Positions 10,094 to 21,027 of a stretch of 64,000 nt of DNA are shown piece after piece (position 1 is the stretch's first letter; each line of letters opens with the position of its first letter). Where the stretch lies: the IMG/VR virus record IMGVR_UViG_3300013101_002049, positions 1 through 64,000 of that record; one strand, written 5' to 3'. The translations under genes were made by a program, and so were the position numbers. The notes under the pieces were generated by a model. It ran no database searches and was not told the DNA's origin. It worked only from the letters and a program-made list of their open reading frames with translations. The DNA comes from a virus.

Positions 10094-10420
10094 ATGAATA
10101 TGAATCAATTTAGAAATGTTATAGATAATGCGCGTGATAACGAAGTAATTACTAAAGAAGAAGCGGGATTTATAGTTCTGTTGGCTAAGCGATTTAGACA
10201 AGATATTGAACGGAAATCAAAGGCAATGATAGCTTTACAAGGCGAAATCGCTCAGTTAAAGGCTAATGAAAAAGTAATTATTGATATTGTGCAGAATTTA
10301 GTTGCAGCTCAACAAAGAGCTGATGACCGGTATAGGATTATGAATGATATTAAGGAAAATAAGAGTAGGAAAGGCGTGGCTGTCGTGGAGTCTGAAGAAA
10401 GTAAAGACGACAACACATAA
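10094..10420 (+). CDS. hypothetical coiled-coil protein
   Basis: ORF with AGGAGG RBS and a heptad pattern. Confidence 0.55.
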   Translation: MNMNQFRNVIDNARDNEVITKEEAGFIVLLAKRFRQDIERKSKAMIALQGEIAQLKANEKVIIDIVQNLVAAQQRADDRYRIMNDIKENKSRKGVAVVESEESKDDNT

Positions 10421-10460
10421 TATATATATATTTTAATATCAATTAATAGAGGAACCAAAG

Positions 10461-11114
10461 ATGGCTAGAAGTCGTTTATCAGAGACACAAGTCTTCGATT
10501 CTGATTTTATGTCGGAGACCGAATATGCAGCTCAATTCACAACGATGTCTGGCCATTTGTATGATCAGATGGTATTGATTTCTGGTAGTTTGTCATATGA
10601 AATTAATGCTATTACTGATACTCTCACCAGTGGTTGTGTCCCATATTTCATTTCAGATACATTTAGTGATTCCCCAATAACAATTTCAAATATAGATATT
10701 GTGAATATTGATGGTAGTATAGAAATACTAGCTGACCCTGGAGAAAATAATAAGGGTAGAGGCGCAATAACTACTATGATTGTAGACGCTAATACATATG
10801 GTGTAGGTTCTGCTTTACATTTAGATACTGATGGCCATTGGATAGAAGCAAATGCTGAAACATCTATGCCTTGTGGGGCGCTTGCTTTAGAAGCTGGTGT
10901 TGGTAGTAAAAGAGTACTTATGCAAGGATTTATTCGTAATGATAATTGGAATTGGACTACTGTTGGTGGTCTTATTTATGTATCTTGTGTTACTGGAGAA
11001 CTTACACAAACAGCACCTAATGGATCGGGAGATTTTGTACAAATAGTGGGGCTTGCTACTCACGCCAATCGAATGTATTTTAATCCTCAATACACAATGG
11101 TAGAGATAGTTTAG
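10461..11114 (+). CDS. virion protein with a C-terminal cement-like (DUF2190-like) beta domain
   Basis: MPCGALALE...G.IYVS..TGELT..AP..SG..VQIVG.A pattern, also present at the C-terminus of the next ORF. Confidence 0.5.
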   Translation: MARSRLSETQVFDSDFMSETEYAAQFTTMSGHLYDQMVLISGSLSYEINAITDTLTSGCVPYFISDTFSDSPITISNIDIVNIDGSIEILADPGENNKGRGAITTMIVDANTYGVGSALHLDTDGHWIEANAETSMPCGALALEAGVGSKRVLMQGFIRNDNWNWTTVGGLIYVSCVTGELTQTAPNGSGDFVQIVGLATHANRMYFNPQYTMVEIV

Positions 11115-11133
11115 TTGGAGATTATAACAATCT

Positions 11134-12957
11134 ATGTGGATACTTGCGTTTTTTACAAATAACGGTGAACCAGCTTTAGGTCTTAGCCCTCTCGTTAAAG
11201 TTTTAGATGTTGAAACTGGATTGACAGTTGTTAATGACGAGAATATGACAGAGACCGGGGATGGTTTCTATAGATACAGTTTCGAAACGTATGAGCCATC
11301 ACGTGATTATGCTGTTATATGTGATAGTGTCACGCTTTCTGGATCTGAAAGGTACACCTATGCTTCAAGTGGGGAGTATGCTGAGGTACTTGATTCAATT
11401 GAATCCACTGTGGGTTTGGTAGATATACGGACTATTCTACTTAGAAAAATACAGACAAACAGATTAGAACTTTCGGACGGTGATACAGATAACTGGATAT
11501 TATATGATGACGATAAGTCTACGCCATTTTTAACATTTAGTGTTCAAGATAAATCTGGAAGTTTAATTATTCAGCAACCCCATACCCCTTCTCGCCGAGG
11601 TATGGCAGATGGGGATATTTGTGGGTCTGGCATTTCACCGAGTGTTGAGATTTATATGCGTAAGTCTGTATATGATCCTGATGATGATGGTATAGTAAGT
11701 GTAGCAGAAGGGGTTAGTGATGGTATTTATTCATCTACAGCATCTGGAATAAAATTTTCAGTTGATAATGCACATCATCCGTGTTATTTGGGAACTAAGT
11801 GTATTGATGAAAGCGGTATGGCTGATCAGTTTGTAGTTAAGTATGACGCTGCGGCTGATCGTTTAATTTATGGAGTTACAAATATTTCGGGTACTTTATC
11901 AGGTACTATACCACATCATTGGTTATTGCAATTAGATGCCGATGATCATCCACAATATATATTAGCTGATGGTACACGACCATTTTCATCTACTGTATCT
12001 GGTGTTTATCCTATTGAGGATGCACATTTAACAACAAAGCAGTATGTGGATGAACAGGTATCAACTGTAAGTGGTAATTTATCCAATAATTACTATACTA
12101 AGCAAGAGGTTCTTGATTTAATAGGTCAAAATCAGGCTGGAATAGTACCGTTAGGTTATAAAGATAATCAAACTACTGTTGTATTTAACACTGCTTTTAC
12201 TAGTGGTGAATATGCACTATTAGTTAGTCTTGATAATCAGCATGATTCAAAATCATCTGAATATGCACTGACTATAACTGATAAGACCGCAACTGGATTT
12301 ACAGTTAATTATTCTGGTAAAATTGATTCAGATAATTATGTATTAAATTGGTATGCTACATTATCTGGTGTAGCAGGCGGGGTTACTCGTACTCTATCAA
12401 ATGGTTTATTGAGGAGTATACCAGTATTACCAGAGGCTAGAAGTTTGCCAGCGGTACCTACTGGTAATTATGTTATAAATGAAATACCTGATACTTCTGG
12501 TGTATTAGAAAATGATTTAGAATTAGGAAATAATAGTATAATACTAAATACAACTCCAAGTGGATATATTACAAACGGATATATTGTTGGATGGAGCGGT
12601 GAAGTGTCTACTGTGAAGATCCAAGAGAATTTTAATGGTTTTGGCATTCCTATGCATGTTCAGCCTAACGGTAAGTTTGGAATGTGTATGGCTGCTAGTG
12701 GCATCAATCATATGCCATGCATAGCATTATCTTTGGACGAGGGAACTGGTAATAAAAGAGTACTATGGAGAGGGATAGCTAGAAAGGGATCTTGGCACTG
12801 GAAGCCGGGGAATACAATATATGTATCTACCGTTGAGGGCGCATTAACAAATAAAAAGCCGAATGATGGGTCATGGGCACAGCCAGTCGGTATAGCTATT
12901 GCTTCTGATACAATACGGTTTGATCCAGGTTTTAATGTTGGCGGAGTAAATAAATAA
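11134..12957 (+). CDS. mosaic fibre/decoration protein
   Basis: N-terminus paralogous to 21753-22241; DDH and TKxYVD fibre repeats; a domain shared with the C-terminus of 12976; C-terminus paralogous to 10461. Confidence 0.6.
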   Translation: MWILAFFTNNGEPALGLSPLVKVLDVETGLTVVNDENMTETGDGFYRYSFETYEPSRDYAVICDSVTLSGSERYTYASSGEYAEVLDSIESTVGLVDIRTILLRKIQTNRLELSDGDTDNWILYDDDKSTPFLTFSVQDKSGSLIIQQPHTPSRRGMADGDICGSGISPSVEIYMRKSVYDPDDDGIVSVAEGVSDGIYSSTASGIKFSVDNAHHPCYLGTKCIDESGMADQFVVKYDAAADRLIYGVTNISGTLSGTIPHHWLLQLDADDHPQYILADGTRPFSSTVSGVYPIEDAHLTTKQYVDEQVSTVSGNLSNNYYTKQEVLDLIGQNQAGIVPLGYKDNQTTVVFNTAFTSGEYALLVSLDNQHDSKSSEYALTITDKTATGFTVNYSGKIDSDNYVLNWYATLSGVAGGVTRTLSNGLLRSIPVLPEARSLPAVPTGNYVINEIPDTSGVLENDLELGNNSIILNTTPSGYITNGYIVGWSGEVSTVKIQENFNGFGIPMHVQPNGKFGMCMAASGINHMPCIALSLDEGTGNKRVLWRGIARKGSWHWKPGNTIYVSTVEGALTNKKPNDGSWAQPVGIAIASDTIRFDPGFNVGGVNK

Positions 12958-12975
12958 AGGAGGAACATATAAACT

Positions 12976-14547
12976 ATGGCTAAGTTTAGAGGTAATGAAT
13001 TATATTTAGCAGATGGGCAGCGCGTTCGTTTTGGTGACCACCAAGATGCTAATATGTGGTGGGATTCAGACGCTCAGCATCCTACTACTAGTGGTGATTT
13101 ACGAGTAAATACTACTATTAGTGGCGTTGATCCTATCTATGATTATCATATAACAACTAAGAATTACGTAGACAGCGAAGTGGCCACATTAAGTGGTACT
13201 ATCCCTTATGATCATGGTGAGTTGATTGGTTTATCTGATGACGACCATATACAATATGTGCCCACGAATGGAAGTCGAGGTTTTACTGGTACCGTGTCTG
13301 GTATTGATCCTACTCAAGATTATCATTTGACCACTAAGAATTACGTAGATGGTGAAATAGATACATTAAGTGGAACTATACCATATAGTCATAGTTATTT
13401 AACGGGGCTAGATGTAGATGATCATACTCAATATTCTTTGGTAAATGGAACAAGAGCATTTACTGGAACTGTTGGTGGTATTTATCCGACAGCTACAAAC
13501 CATTTGACTACTAAGGAATATGTAGATCAATTAGTTCAAGGATTAGATTGGCAAGATTCGGTATTAGATTTTTCATTAGCTGTTTCTGGTGTTGCTGTAG
13601 AGGGTAATAGATATATTGCTCTTGATACTAGTGGCAATTGGACAGAAGATTATATTATGGAGTACACTGGTACCGCATGGAGCGGTACAGCGCCTAATGA
13701 AGGCTTTGCTACATGGGTTGAAGATGAAGATGCTTTATATGTGTATAATGGGTCAGATTGGGTAAAATTTGGTAGTACTATTACACATAATAATTTGAAT
13801 GGATTACAAGGTGGTACTTCTGATGAATATTATCATTTAACTTCAACTATGTACACTGATTTAACTAGTGCTGGTGGAGTTGGTAATGCTAGCTCGGAGC
13901 ATATCCATGATGATAGGTACTATACTGAGTCAGAGGTTGACACTATTAGTGGAGCGCTTTCAAGTGAAATTGATGCTGATATAGCCGCTCATGCTGCTAT
14001 TTCAAGTGCTCACCATGTTAGATATACTGATGAAGAGGCCCAAGATGCTGTTGGTAATATCATGAGTGGCGCATCGTTTGTAACTGTTACATATAATGAT
14101 ATTGCTAATACTATTACTATTAGTGGTTCGGCTTCAGCTATAGATCATGGTTATTTATCAGGATTAGAGGATGATGATCATACACAGTATATATTGGTTG
14201 ATGGGACTAGGGGTTTTACTGCTACTGTATCTGGTGTTTATCCTACTGAAGATTATCATTTAGCTACTAAGTCATATGTTGATGCAGCCATTATTTCTGG
14301 CACTATTGACAGGCATGGTAGATCAGGCCCTATTACTTATAAAGCTTCACAATGGACTGTTAATTTTGCAGATTTAGGACATACTGATTATACAGTGAAT
14401 GTTACTATGGAAAATACAGCTGATTCACCGCCTTCTATTTATTCCTATATTATTAGTGCTAGAACATCTAGTAGTTTTACAGTTGATTTTTCTGGTAAGA
14501 TGGATTCATCTAATTATTATTTAGATTGGAATATTATAGAAGACTAA
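12976..14547 (+). CDS. fibre protein with DHGxLxGLxDDDH and HLTTKxYVD repeats
   Basis: Repeats are visible in the translation; C-terminal fibre-tip-like beta domain. Confidence 0.65.
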   Translation: MAKFRGNELYLADGQRVRFGDHQDANMWWDSDAQHPTTSGDLRVNTTISGVDPIYDYHITTKNYVDSEVATLSGTIPYDHGELIGLSDDDHIQYVPTNGSRGFTGTVSGIDPTQDYHLTTKNYVDGEIDTLSGTIPYSHSYLTGLDVDDHTQYSLVNGTRAFTGTVGGIYPTATNHLTTKEYVDQLVQGLDWQDSVLDFSLAVSGVAVEGNRYIALDTSGNWTEDYIMEYTGTAWSGTAPNEGFATWVEDEDALYVYNGSDWVKFGSTITHNNLNGLQGGTSDEYYHLTSTMYTDLTSAGGVGNASSEHIHDDRYYTESEVDTISGALSSEIDADIAAHAAISSAHHVRYTDEEAQDAVGNIMSGASFVTVTYNDIANTITISGSASAIDHGYLSGLEDDDHTQYILVDGTRGFTATVSGVYPTEDYHLATKSYVDAAIISGTIDRHGRSGPITYKASQWTVNFADLGHTDYTVNVTMENTADSPPSIYSYIISARTSSSFTVDFSGKMDSSNYYLDWNIIED

Positions 14548-14563
14548 ATTTAAGGTGTAAAAT

Positions 14564-14908
14564 ATGGCAAGAATAAAAGGTAGAGATATATATTTAGAGA
14601 ATGACGACCAGATTTATTTTGGCGATAATCAAGAAGCTGCTATGTGGTATGGAGCAGATGGTGAACTCCATCTGAACCATACCATTAGTGGTGTTGAACC
14701 AACGTCAGCTTACCATTTAACTACTAAACATTATGTTGATGATGTAATACTTTTAACAACAGGATTTCCATTATATTATATAAAATCTACAGTAAGTTTA
14801 CAGGTGCCTGATTGGGGGCAGTATGTGATACATGAAACTGGATATTTAGAAGTAGCAGGCACTATTGAATTTGGAGAAGGTGGAATGTTAATAATACAAG
14901 GAGTATAA
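14564..14908 (+). CDS. short paralog of the N-terminus of 12976-14547
   Basis: MARIKGRDIYLENDDQIYFGDNQEAAMWY versus MAKFRGNELYLADGQRVRFGDHQDANMWW. Confidence 0.6.
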   Translation: MARIKGRDIYLENDDQIYFGDNQEAAMWYGADGELHLNHTISGVEPTSAYHLTTKHYVDDVILLTTGFPLYYIKSTVSLQVPDWGQYVIHETGYLEVAGTIEFGEGGMLIIQGV

Positions 14909-14910
14909 TT

Positions 14911-17900
14911 ATGGCAAACGCAGGTAAAATAATACTACCATATGGTGATATGAATGAAACACCAAGTACTGGTAAAGTGGCATTTTATGCCAAGAATAAA
15001 ACTGAATTATATTATAGAGATGATGATGGTGTAGACCATTTAATAACAGCGTCTGGGACTGGTGGTGTTACTGACCACGGTGATCTGACAGGATTATCTG
15101 ATGATGATCATCTACAATATCATACTGATGCTCGTGGTGATGCTAGGTATTATACAGAGATCGAAATTGATACCACTTTGTCTGGTTATTCTCAAATTGG
15201 ACATACCCATATTGAGTCTAATATTACTAATTTGGATAAATATACACAGGTAGAAGTTAATACTATATCTGGTGTGTTACAGACGCAGATAGATAATATA
15301 ACTGTTAGTGGTGCCACAACATTTATAGATCTTGCTGACACCCCTAATGTATATGCTGATGGTAGAAATTATTTATTAAGGGCTACTACATCAGGTATAG
15401 AATATCATTTTTTAGGTCATAATAATCATTTAGTTTGTGTATCAGCTGATAGAGGAACATCTGATGGTGATGGTAGCACCATATTTCCTGTTAGTAGTAT
15501 AGATGAAGCTATAACTCATATAGAAAGCATTGCTGTGTCTGGTACTAATTATGTTATAAATTTATTACCAGGGGTATATGAAGTAGATAGTTTAAATATA
15601 AACAATTATAATGTTGTGTCTATAGTAGGTGAATGTAGTGAAGCTACTATTATTAAACCTGTAAGTAATACTCCAAATACATTTATTACTATTCCATATA
15701 CTACATCTTTAAAATCTATTACTATTGATGCTACTGATTACCCCTCATTAGCAACGGCTTCTGGATCCATAGGTATAGATGTGCGAGATGATAGTTATAA
15801 TGAGGTTGTTTTTAGTGATGTATATATAAGAGGTTTTGGAACAAATTTAAATACTGATGCAAAATCTAATATTTATTTATTTAATTGTGATTTTAGATAT
15901 TCTAATGTTGGTATAAAAGCTGCTGCTGGAGCTATGATTGATGCTGACATTCTTTTTGTAGATGAATGTTATGATAAACATATTCATGCGCTTGGCGGAG
16001 CAGAGGTTTATTTAGCAAACACAGAAATTTGCTCTATGGATACGTTAAGTGGTACTGGATTATATGTAGAAGGTGCTGATACCAATGTTGAAATTTTCAG
16101 CGGAACTAATATTTGGAGTTGTGATAAAGATATAGTTGTAAAAGACACAGCAACTGTTAGAGTTGATAATTGTATTTTGGAAGAGTCGGAATCTAGGCCA
16201 ACTATTGAACAAAAAGATACTTCTACATTAATTATAATAAATTCAAGAGCGCCTTTAGATAATGAAAGTTTTGTTGTAGAAGATTCTACTAGTGTATATG
16301 TGAATGCTTATGATCTTGATGAACAAATAACTTCAATAGGAAATAGATCTGGTCAAGATCAATCACTTATAAATATAATTAATGGTAGTACAGAAAGACC
16401 TAATCTTGGTTATATACATGATAGTTGTGGTACTTATAGGTCATTAGGTTGGTCAATACCTACAGATGGCGAAGATGCCGCATTTTATACACAAGCAAAT
16501 AATGGTAATGCTAGACTTTGTTGCCATTCTATTGGGGAAAGTGCGTGGGATAAAAAGGCTGAAGTTGTTTTAATGTCTGATCAATCTACAGTAAAAAGAG
16601 GTTGGTTTATAAGAAAAGAATCTGGTGCTACACCACGGCTACTTTTAGAATACATAGATGGAACAAGAGCTTTGTATGCTAATTATGATGGTTCTATAAC
16701 ATTATGCTCCGGAGTTTCTGTTGATAAAATTTTAGACGAAGATGATTTTGCATCTAATGATGCGTCAGCTTTGTCTACACAACAGGCTATTAAATCTTTT
16801 ATAGATACGGTATCTGGATCTATAGATAACAATATTTTATATGCTGATGGTAGTAAAGAGTTGATCGCTGATTGGGATGTTGGTGATTATTCTATAACTG
16901 CTGATGGATTTAGAAAAGATAATATGGAGATAGAGTTATCTCCTTATTCAAATTCTACTGGTATATTATCTGGTGGAGATTTATCTATAAATAGTTCTAA
17001 TCCATATATGATAGATGTTACATCAGGCACCGCACTATATGTCGATGTAACTGATTCATCATTTCCTATTGTGGAAAAATTATCTTGGCCGTCTCAAAGT
17101 ATTAGTGGCTCATTAGATGGTAGTTTTTATAAGTGGTTAGGTGTTTATAGATCTTCGTCTAAAACCGGTGATTTAGTCATAGGTACAAATTTTTCGCATT
17201 TAGAACGTAGAACTACGGCAGTTTTAGGTAAATATTGGTCAACTATTTCTGGATCTGATCAAATTACTAATGTCGCAAATTATACAACTACTGGTTATGG
17301 AAGTGCTAAAACACTTGAAGATTTTATTGATGCTTACGGTGTGTTGAATATAGAAGGCAATAGATATTCAGCTTCTTTAATAACACCTATGACTTTGGCA
17401 AGAACTGCTGGCCAAGCTTTTAGAAGAGGAGCTAATAGATCTGCTCAACCTACAAGCCCTAATATATATGAGTCATCAGCTGATGATTCAATTTCATCTT
17501 ATTATTATCAAATTTCTAATAGTTATGATTATACTGTTAAAAATGTGATAGATCCAAATTACTATGATTTAAATGGTGTATTACTTCCTGTTCCTACTGG
17601 AAAATGGACAGTTCAAAGACTTTATTATTTTCCAGTTTCTAATGTAACAGTTATTTATTGGGGGCAACATTATTATGATTCTGATACGCAAGCCTATGAT
17701 GGTGTTTCTAAAGATACATTTGACAGCTTACCTAATGCAATAGAAGGCGCAGTTTTACGAGGTTATTTGATAGTAAAACAAGGAGCTACTGATTTAACAA
17801 ATTCAAATCAAGCGGTTATTTATACTACTTATGGACGTGATGGTATTTTGCCTGGTTTTTCAGATCATGGTGCGTTAGGTGGGTTAGATGATGATGACCA

Positions 17901-20349
17901 TTTACAATACCACACTGATGCTCGTGGTGATGCTAGATATTATACTCAAAATCAAGTGGATACATTAAGTGGTACTTTATCACAATCTGAGAACATTGAT
18001 TACACAAATACAAATTGGTCTCTTACTGATGTTGGAACAGCATTGGATAATTTAACTGATTATGTTGAGAACACACATGGAACTGGAAGGATTAGTCCTA
18101 TTGAAACAACTATTTCTGGATTTTTACAATCCACATTATATATAAATGCTGGTGAGGGTTATATAAATTATGATGGTCTACATAAAAAAGTTACGTGGCC
18201 ATATGAAGAAATAGATGTATCTGGTTATGTTACAGGTATCCATTATGTGTATATAGATTATAATGGAGATAGTCATATAACCACTACCTATCCAGGTACC
18301 TCAGCTAATATTTTGTTGGGATCTTTTTATTTTACTGGCAGTGATGTTATAGGACTTACTCAAACATGTGGTTGTGTTTTAGAAAACTTTTTTAATAGAA
18401 TAATTGATTATATGTTTAATTTAGGTGTATTTTTAACTTCTGATAGTGGATTAATACAAGTTGCTTCTGGTGTTGATAATACAAGAATAACATCACCTGT
18501 ATGTTCTGCTCAGTATGGTACTTCAATAATAGATTTACCAGAAAGAGGAAGTGATGATGCTGTTATAGGTAATTTTTTAGCAATATTTACATATAATGAT
18601 GGTGTAATGAATAGTTGTGATTATTTTAATTCTTCTGTTGGTTGGAATGGTTCTCTTCCTATAAATAGATGGAATAATACAACTAGTTATTCTGGCACAT
18701 TATTATCATCTGGAACATGTACCTTCACGCAATATTCTGATACAGTTTCAGTGTCTGGTACTACTGGTGATATGGAAATAGGTGATTTTATTTGGTATGG
18801 TGGGGATGCCTGTGATTATCAAACGCCTATTATAGATATAACTGGTAATACAATTACATTAGACGCTATATATATGGGTTCTGGTGGGACCGGTCACGCT
18901 CGTATAGAAAAATCTTTACCATTGATACCCGATGGTAAATGGGCTAAACATTTAATAGGAAGAACATTAGATGGAAATATGCAATTTATATTTTCTCAGA
19001 ATTATTTTGATTCTGAAGAGGACGCTAACAATGCTGGATGTCCTGTCATACCATCAATTATAGAGCAGGGCGGTATAAAAATGGCGTATGTGGTTTGTTC
19101 TGGTACAGAAACTGATATTTCTAATTGTTTAATAGATATACGGCCATTACCATTTCATGATAGAGAGGGTGGTAGTCAGACAGGTGGAATCGCTACAGAT
19201 CATGGTGATTTGACTGGTTTAGCTGATGACGACCACAGACAATATATTTTATCTAATGGTTCAAGAAATTTTGTTTCAAAAGTTAAATATGAATTTCATC
19301 CAAGTTTTTCAACTGATACTGATATAGTTGATAAGAAATATGTTGACGATCACCAATTTGATCACGGTGGTTTAGCTGGATTAAGTGATGACGATCATAC
19401 ACAGTATTTTAATCAAGCCCGAGGTGATGCTAGATATTTTACTCAAGAAGCTGCTGCTGTTATTTCTGGAACATTACAAACTCAGATAGATGGTAAATCT
19501 GATACAGGCCATACTCATACTGAATCAGACGTAACAAATTTGGATAAATACACACAAGCTGAAGTTACCACAATTTCAGGAAATATTGTAGATCAAATAC
19601 CTTCAAATTTTGATGATAGATATTATACTGAAACAGAATTAGACAATGGTCAATTGGATAATAGATATTATACTGAAGCTGAAATAGATGATACTTTATC
19701 TAGTGGAACATCAGTTAAACTTCAAGATGAAGGTGGAGACGTTACTAATACACCTCATAGTAGATTGAATTTTACTGGTGTGGGTGTAACAGTTTCAGAT
19801 GCTGGATCTGGTGTTGCAACTATTAATATTCCAGCAGCTTCTGGAGGAATAATTGTTAAAGACGAAGGGACTACGGTGTCTGGTGGTCCTCATAATACTG
19901 TGGATTTTATAGGTCAAATGGTAACTGCCACTGATGCTGGTGGTGGAGAAGTTACAGTAGATATTCCCTATCCAACTTTTGGTACTTATTATGGGTGGGG
20001 TGGGGATACTAGTGCACAATCTACTAATTCAACTAGCTGGGTACAAGCTGTACGCGTAAATGTTCCTTCTATACCTGATTCTTATTTTAGGGTAGGTTGG
20101 TATTTTGAATGGCGCAGAAATACAGCATCTAATGATTTTAAAGCACAAGTTCAAATAGACGATACAGAAACTATAATGTCTATGAATGAAGAAAGTAAAG
20201 ATGTAAATTCTTGGCACCCAGCTAGTGGTTTCGCTATATTGGATTTAAGCACTGGTACGCATACAATAGATGTTGATTTTGCCGGTGAAACTACTGGAAA
20301 TACTAGTTATATAAGAAACATAAGAATAGAATATTGGAGGGTATCATAA
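14911..20349 (+). CDS. large fibre/spike protein with a right-handed beta-helix (pectin-lyase-like) region and His/Asp repeats
   Basis: DGDGS..FP..SIDEAI...INLLPGVY entry motif followed by beta-helix-like repeats; four DHGxLxGLxDDDH repeats; HTH.ES and DxRYYTE repeats. Confidence 0.65.
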   Translation: MANAGKIILPYGDMNETPSTGKVAFYAKNKTELYYRDDDGVDHLITASGTGGVTDHGDLTGLSDDDHLQYHTDARGDARYYTEIEIDTTLSGYSQIGHTHIESNITNLDKYTQVEVNTISGVLQTQIDNITVSGATTFIDLADTPNVYADGRNYLLRATTSGIEYHFLGHNNHLVCVSADRGTSDGDGSTIFPVSSIDEAITHIESIAVSGTNYVINLLPGVYEVDSLNINNYNVVSIVGECSEATIIKPVSNTPNTFITIPYTTSLKSITIDATDYPSLATASGSIGIDVRDDSYNEVVFSDVYIRGFGTNLNTDAKSNIYLFNCDFRYSNVGIKAAAGAMIDADILFVDECYDKHIHALGGAEVYLANTEICSMDTLSGTGLYVEGADTNVEIFSGTNIWSCDKDIVVKDTATVRVDNCILEESESRPTIEQKDTSTLIIINSRAPLDNESFVVEDSTSVYVNAYDLDEQITSIGNRSGQDQSLINIINGSTERPNLGYIHDSCGTYRSLGWSIPTDGEDAAFYTQANNGNARLCCHSIGESAWDKKAEVVLMSDQSTVKRGWFIRKESGATPRLLLEYIDGTRALYANYDGSITLCSGVSVDKILDEDDFASNDASALSTQQAIKSFIDTVSGSIDNNILYADGSKELIADWDVGDYSITADGFRKDNMEIELSPYSNSTGILSGGDLSINSSNPYMIDVTSGTALYVDVTDSSFPIVEKLSWPSQSISGSLDGSFYKWLGVYRSSSKTGDLVIGTNFSHLERRTTAVLGKYWSTISGSDQITNVANYTTTGYGSAKTLEDFIDAYGVLNIEGNRYSASLITPMTLARTAGQAFRRGANRSAQPTSPNIYESSADDSISSYYYQISNSYDYTVKNVIDPNYYDLNGVLLPVPTGKWTVQRLYYFPVSNVTVIYWGQHYYDSDTQAYDGVSKDTFDSLPNAIEGAVLRGYLIVKQGATDLTNSNQAVIYTTYGRDGILPGFSDHGALGGLDDDDHLQYHTDARGDARYYTQNQVDTLSGTLSQSENIDYTNTNWSLTDVGTALDNLTDYVENTHGTGRISPIETTISGFLQSTLYINAGEGYINYDGLHKKVTWPYEEIDVSGYVTGIHYVYIDYNGDSHITTTYPGTSANILLGSFYFTGSDVIGLTQTCGCVLENFFNRIIDYMFNLGVFLTSDSGLIQVASGVDNTRITSPVCSAQYGTSIIDLPERGSDDAVIGNFLAIFTYNDGVMNSCDYFNSSVGWNGSLPINRWNNTTSYSGTLLSSGTCTFTQYSDTVSVSGTTGDMEIGDFIWYGGDACDYQTPIIDITGNTITLDAIYMGSGGTGHARIEKSLPLIPDGKWAKHLIGRTLDGNMQFIFSQNYFDSEEDANNAGCPVIPSIIEQGGIKMAYVVCSGTETDISNCLIDIRPLPFHDREGGSQTGGIATDHGDLTGLADDDHRQYILSNGSRNFVSKVKYEFHPSFSTDTDIVDKKYVDDHQFDHGGLAGLSDDDHTQYFNQARGDARYFTQEAAAVISGTLQTQIDGKSDTGHTHTESDVTNLDKYTQAEVTTISGNIVDQIPSNFDDRYYTETELDNGQLDNRYYTEAEIDDTLSSGTSVKLQDEGGDVTNTPHSRLNFTGVGVTVSDAGSGVATINIPAASGGIIVKDEGTTVSGGPHNTVDFIGQMVTATDAGGGEVTVDIPYPTFGTYYGWGGDTSAQSTNSTSWVQAVRVNVPSIPDSYFRVGWYFEWRRNTASNDFKAQVQIDDTETIMSMNEESKDVNSWHPASGFAILDLSTGTHTIDVDFAGETTGNTSYIRNIRIEYWRVS

Positions 20350-21014
20350 TGTCTATGTATGAATATGTAAAAAGTATTGTTGATATTGATAGATTATCAT
20401 ATGAAATAGGAGAATCTGTAAATATAGTTACTGAGTTAGATTATATTACTTATAACAGCAGTTCTACTATATTACGTATTTATTTTATTGGTGATTTGTC
20501 AAATGACGAAGAAGTTACTTTAAATGATATTGTTACAAACCATGGTGGTCAACAACTGCCACAGACACCGGAGATATTAGCGACTACAGGTATTGATAGA
20601 TCATATACTCTATTTGCTGATGGTGAAAATAGTGCCGTATGGCTTCCAGCTAAAGAATATATTTTTACTTTTAAATCAGGATATAGAGGCGTGATTACTG
20701 ATTATGTGAAGATATATAGAAATACGATATGGACTTCTTGTGCTACTTTTATATTTAAAGGTAATCTATTTACACCAGTTTCTACATTTAAAATATGCGC
20801 CTGGGTTGGTGGATCAAAAGATCTTGGTTATGTTAGATTATATGATTATTACAACAATAAAGAAATATGTGAAGTAAAGGTGAGTAACGAAAAGAAATAT
20901 ATTTATACTTTGGAAACTCTTTATAATATACCAGATAACGAAACAATTTTTGAAATACATGGTATGGTAAAGCCAAGTAGTAAATTATATTTATCGTATG
21001 TTACTTTATATTAG
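20349..21014 (+). CDS. hypothetical virion-associated protein
   Basis: ATG overlaps the upstream stop (TAATG); GGAGG RBS. Confidence 0.55.
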   Translation: MSMYEYVKSIVDIDRLSYEIGESVNIVTELDYITYNSSSTILRIYFIGDLSNDEEVTLNDIVTNHGGQQLPQTPEILATTGIDRSYTLFADGENSAVWLPAKEYIFTFKSGYRGVITDYVKIYRNTIWTSCATFIFKGNLFTPVSTFKICAWVGGSKDLGYVRLYDYYNNKEICEVKVSNEKKYIYTLETLYNIPDNETIFEIHGMVKPSSKLYLSYVTLY

Positions 21015-21027
21015 GAGGATATAAATA

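Noticed and set aside
10418-10434. (TA)n microsatellite
   Set aside because: A short run in an AT-rich intergenic spacer with no evidence of function.
15121-17936. DGR template/variable repeat pair
   Set aside because: The repeat is short, lies within one gene, shows no adenine-specific variation, and no reverse transcriptase is present in the window.
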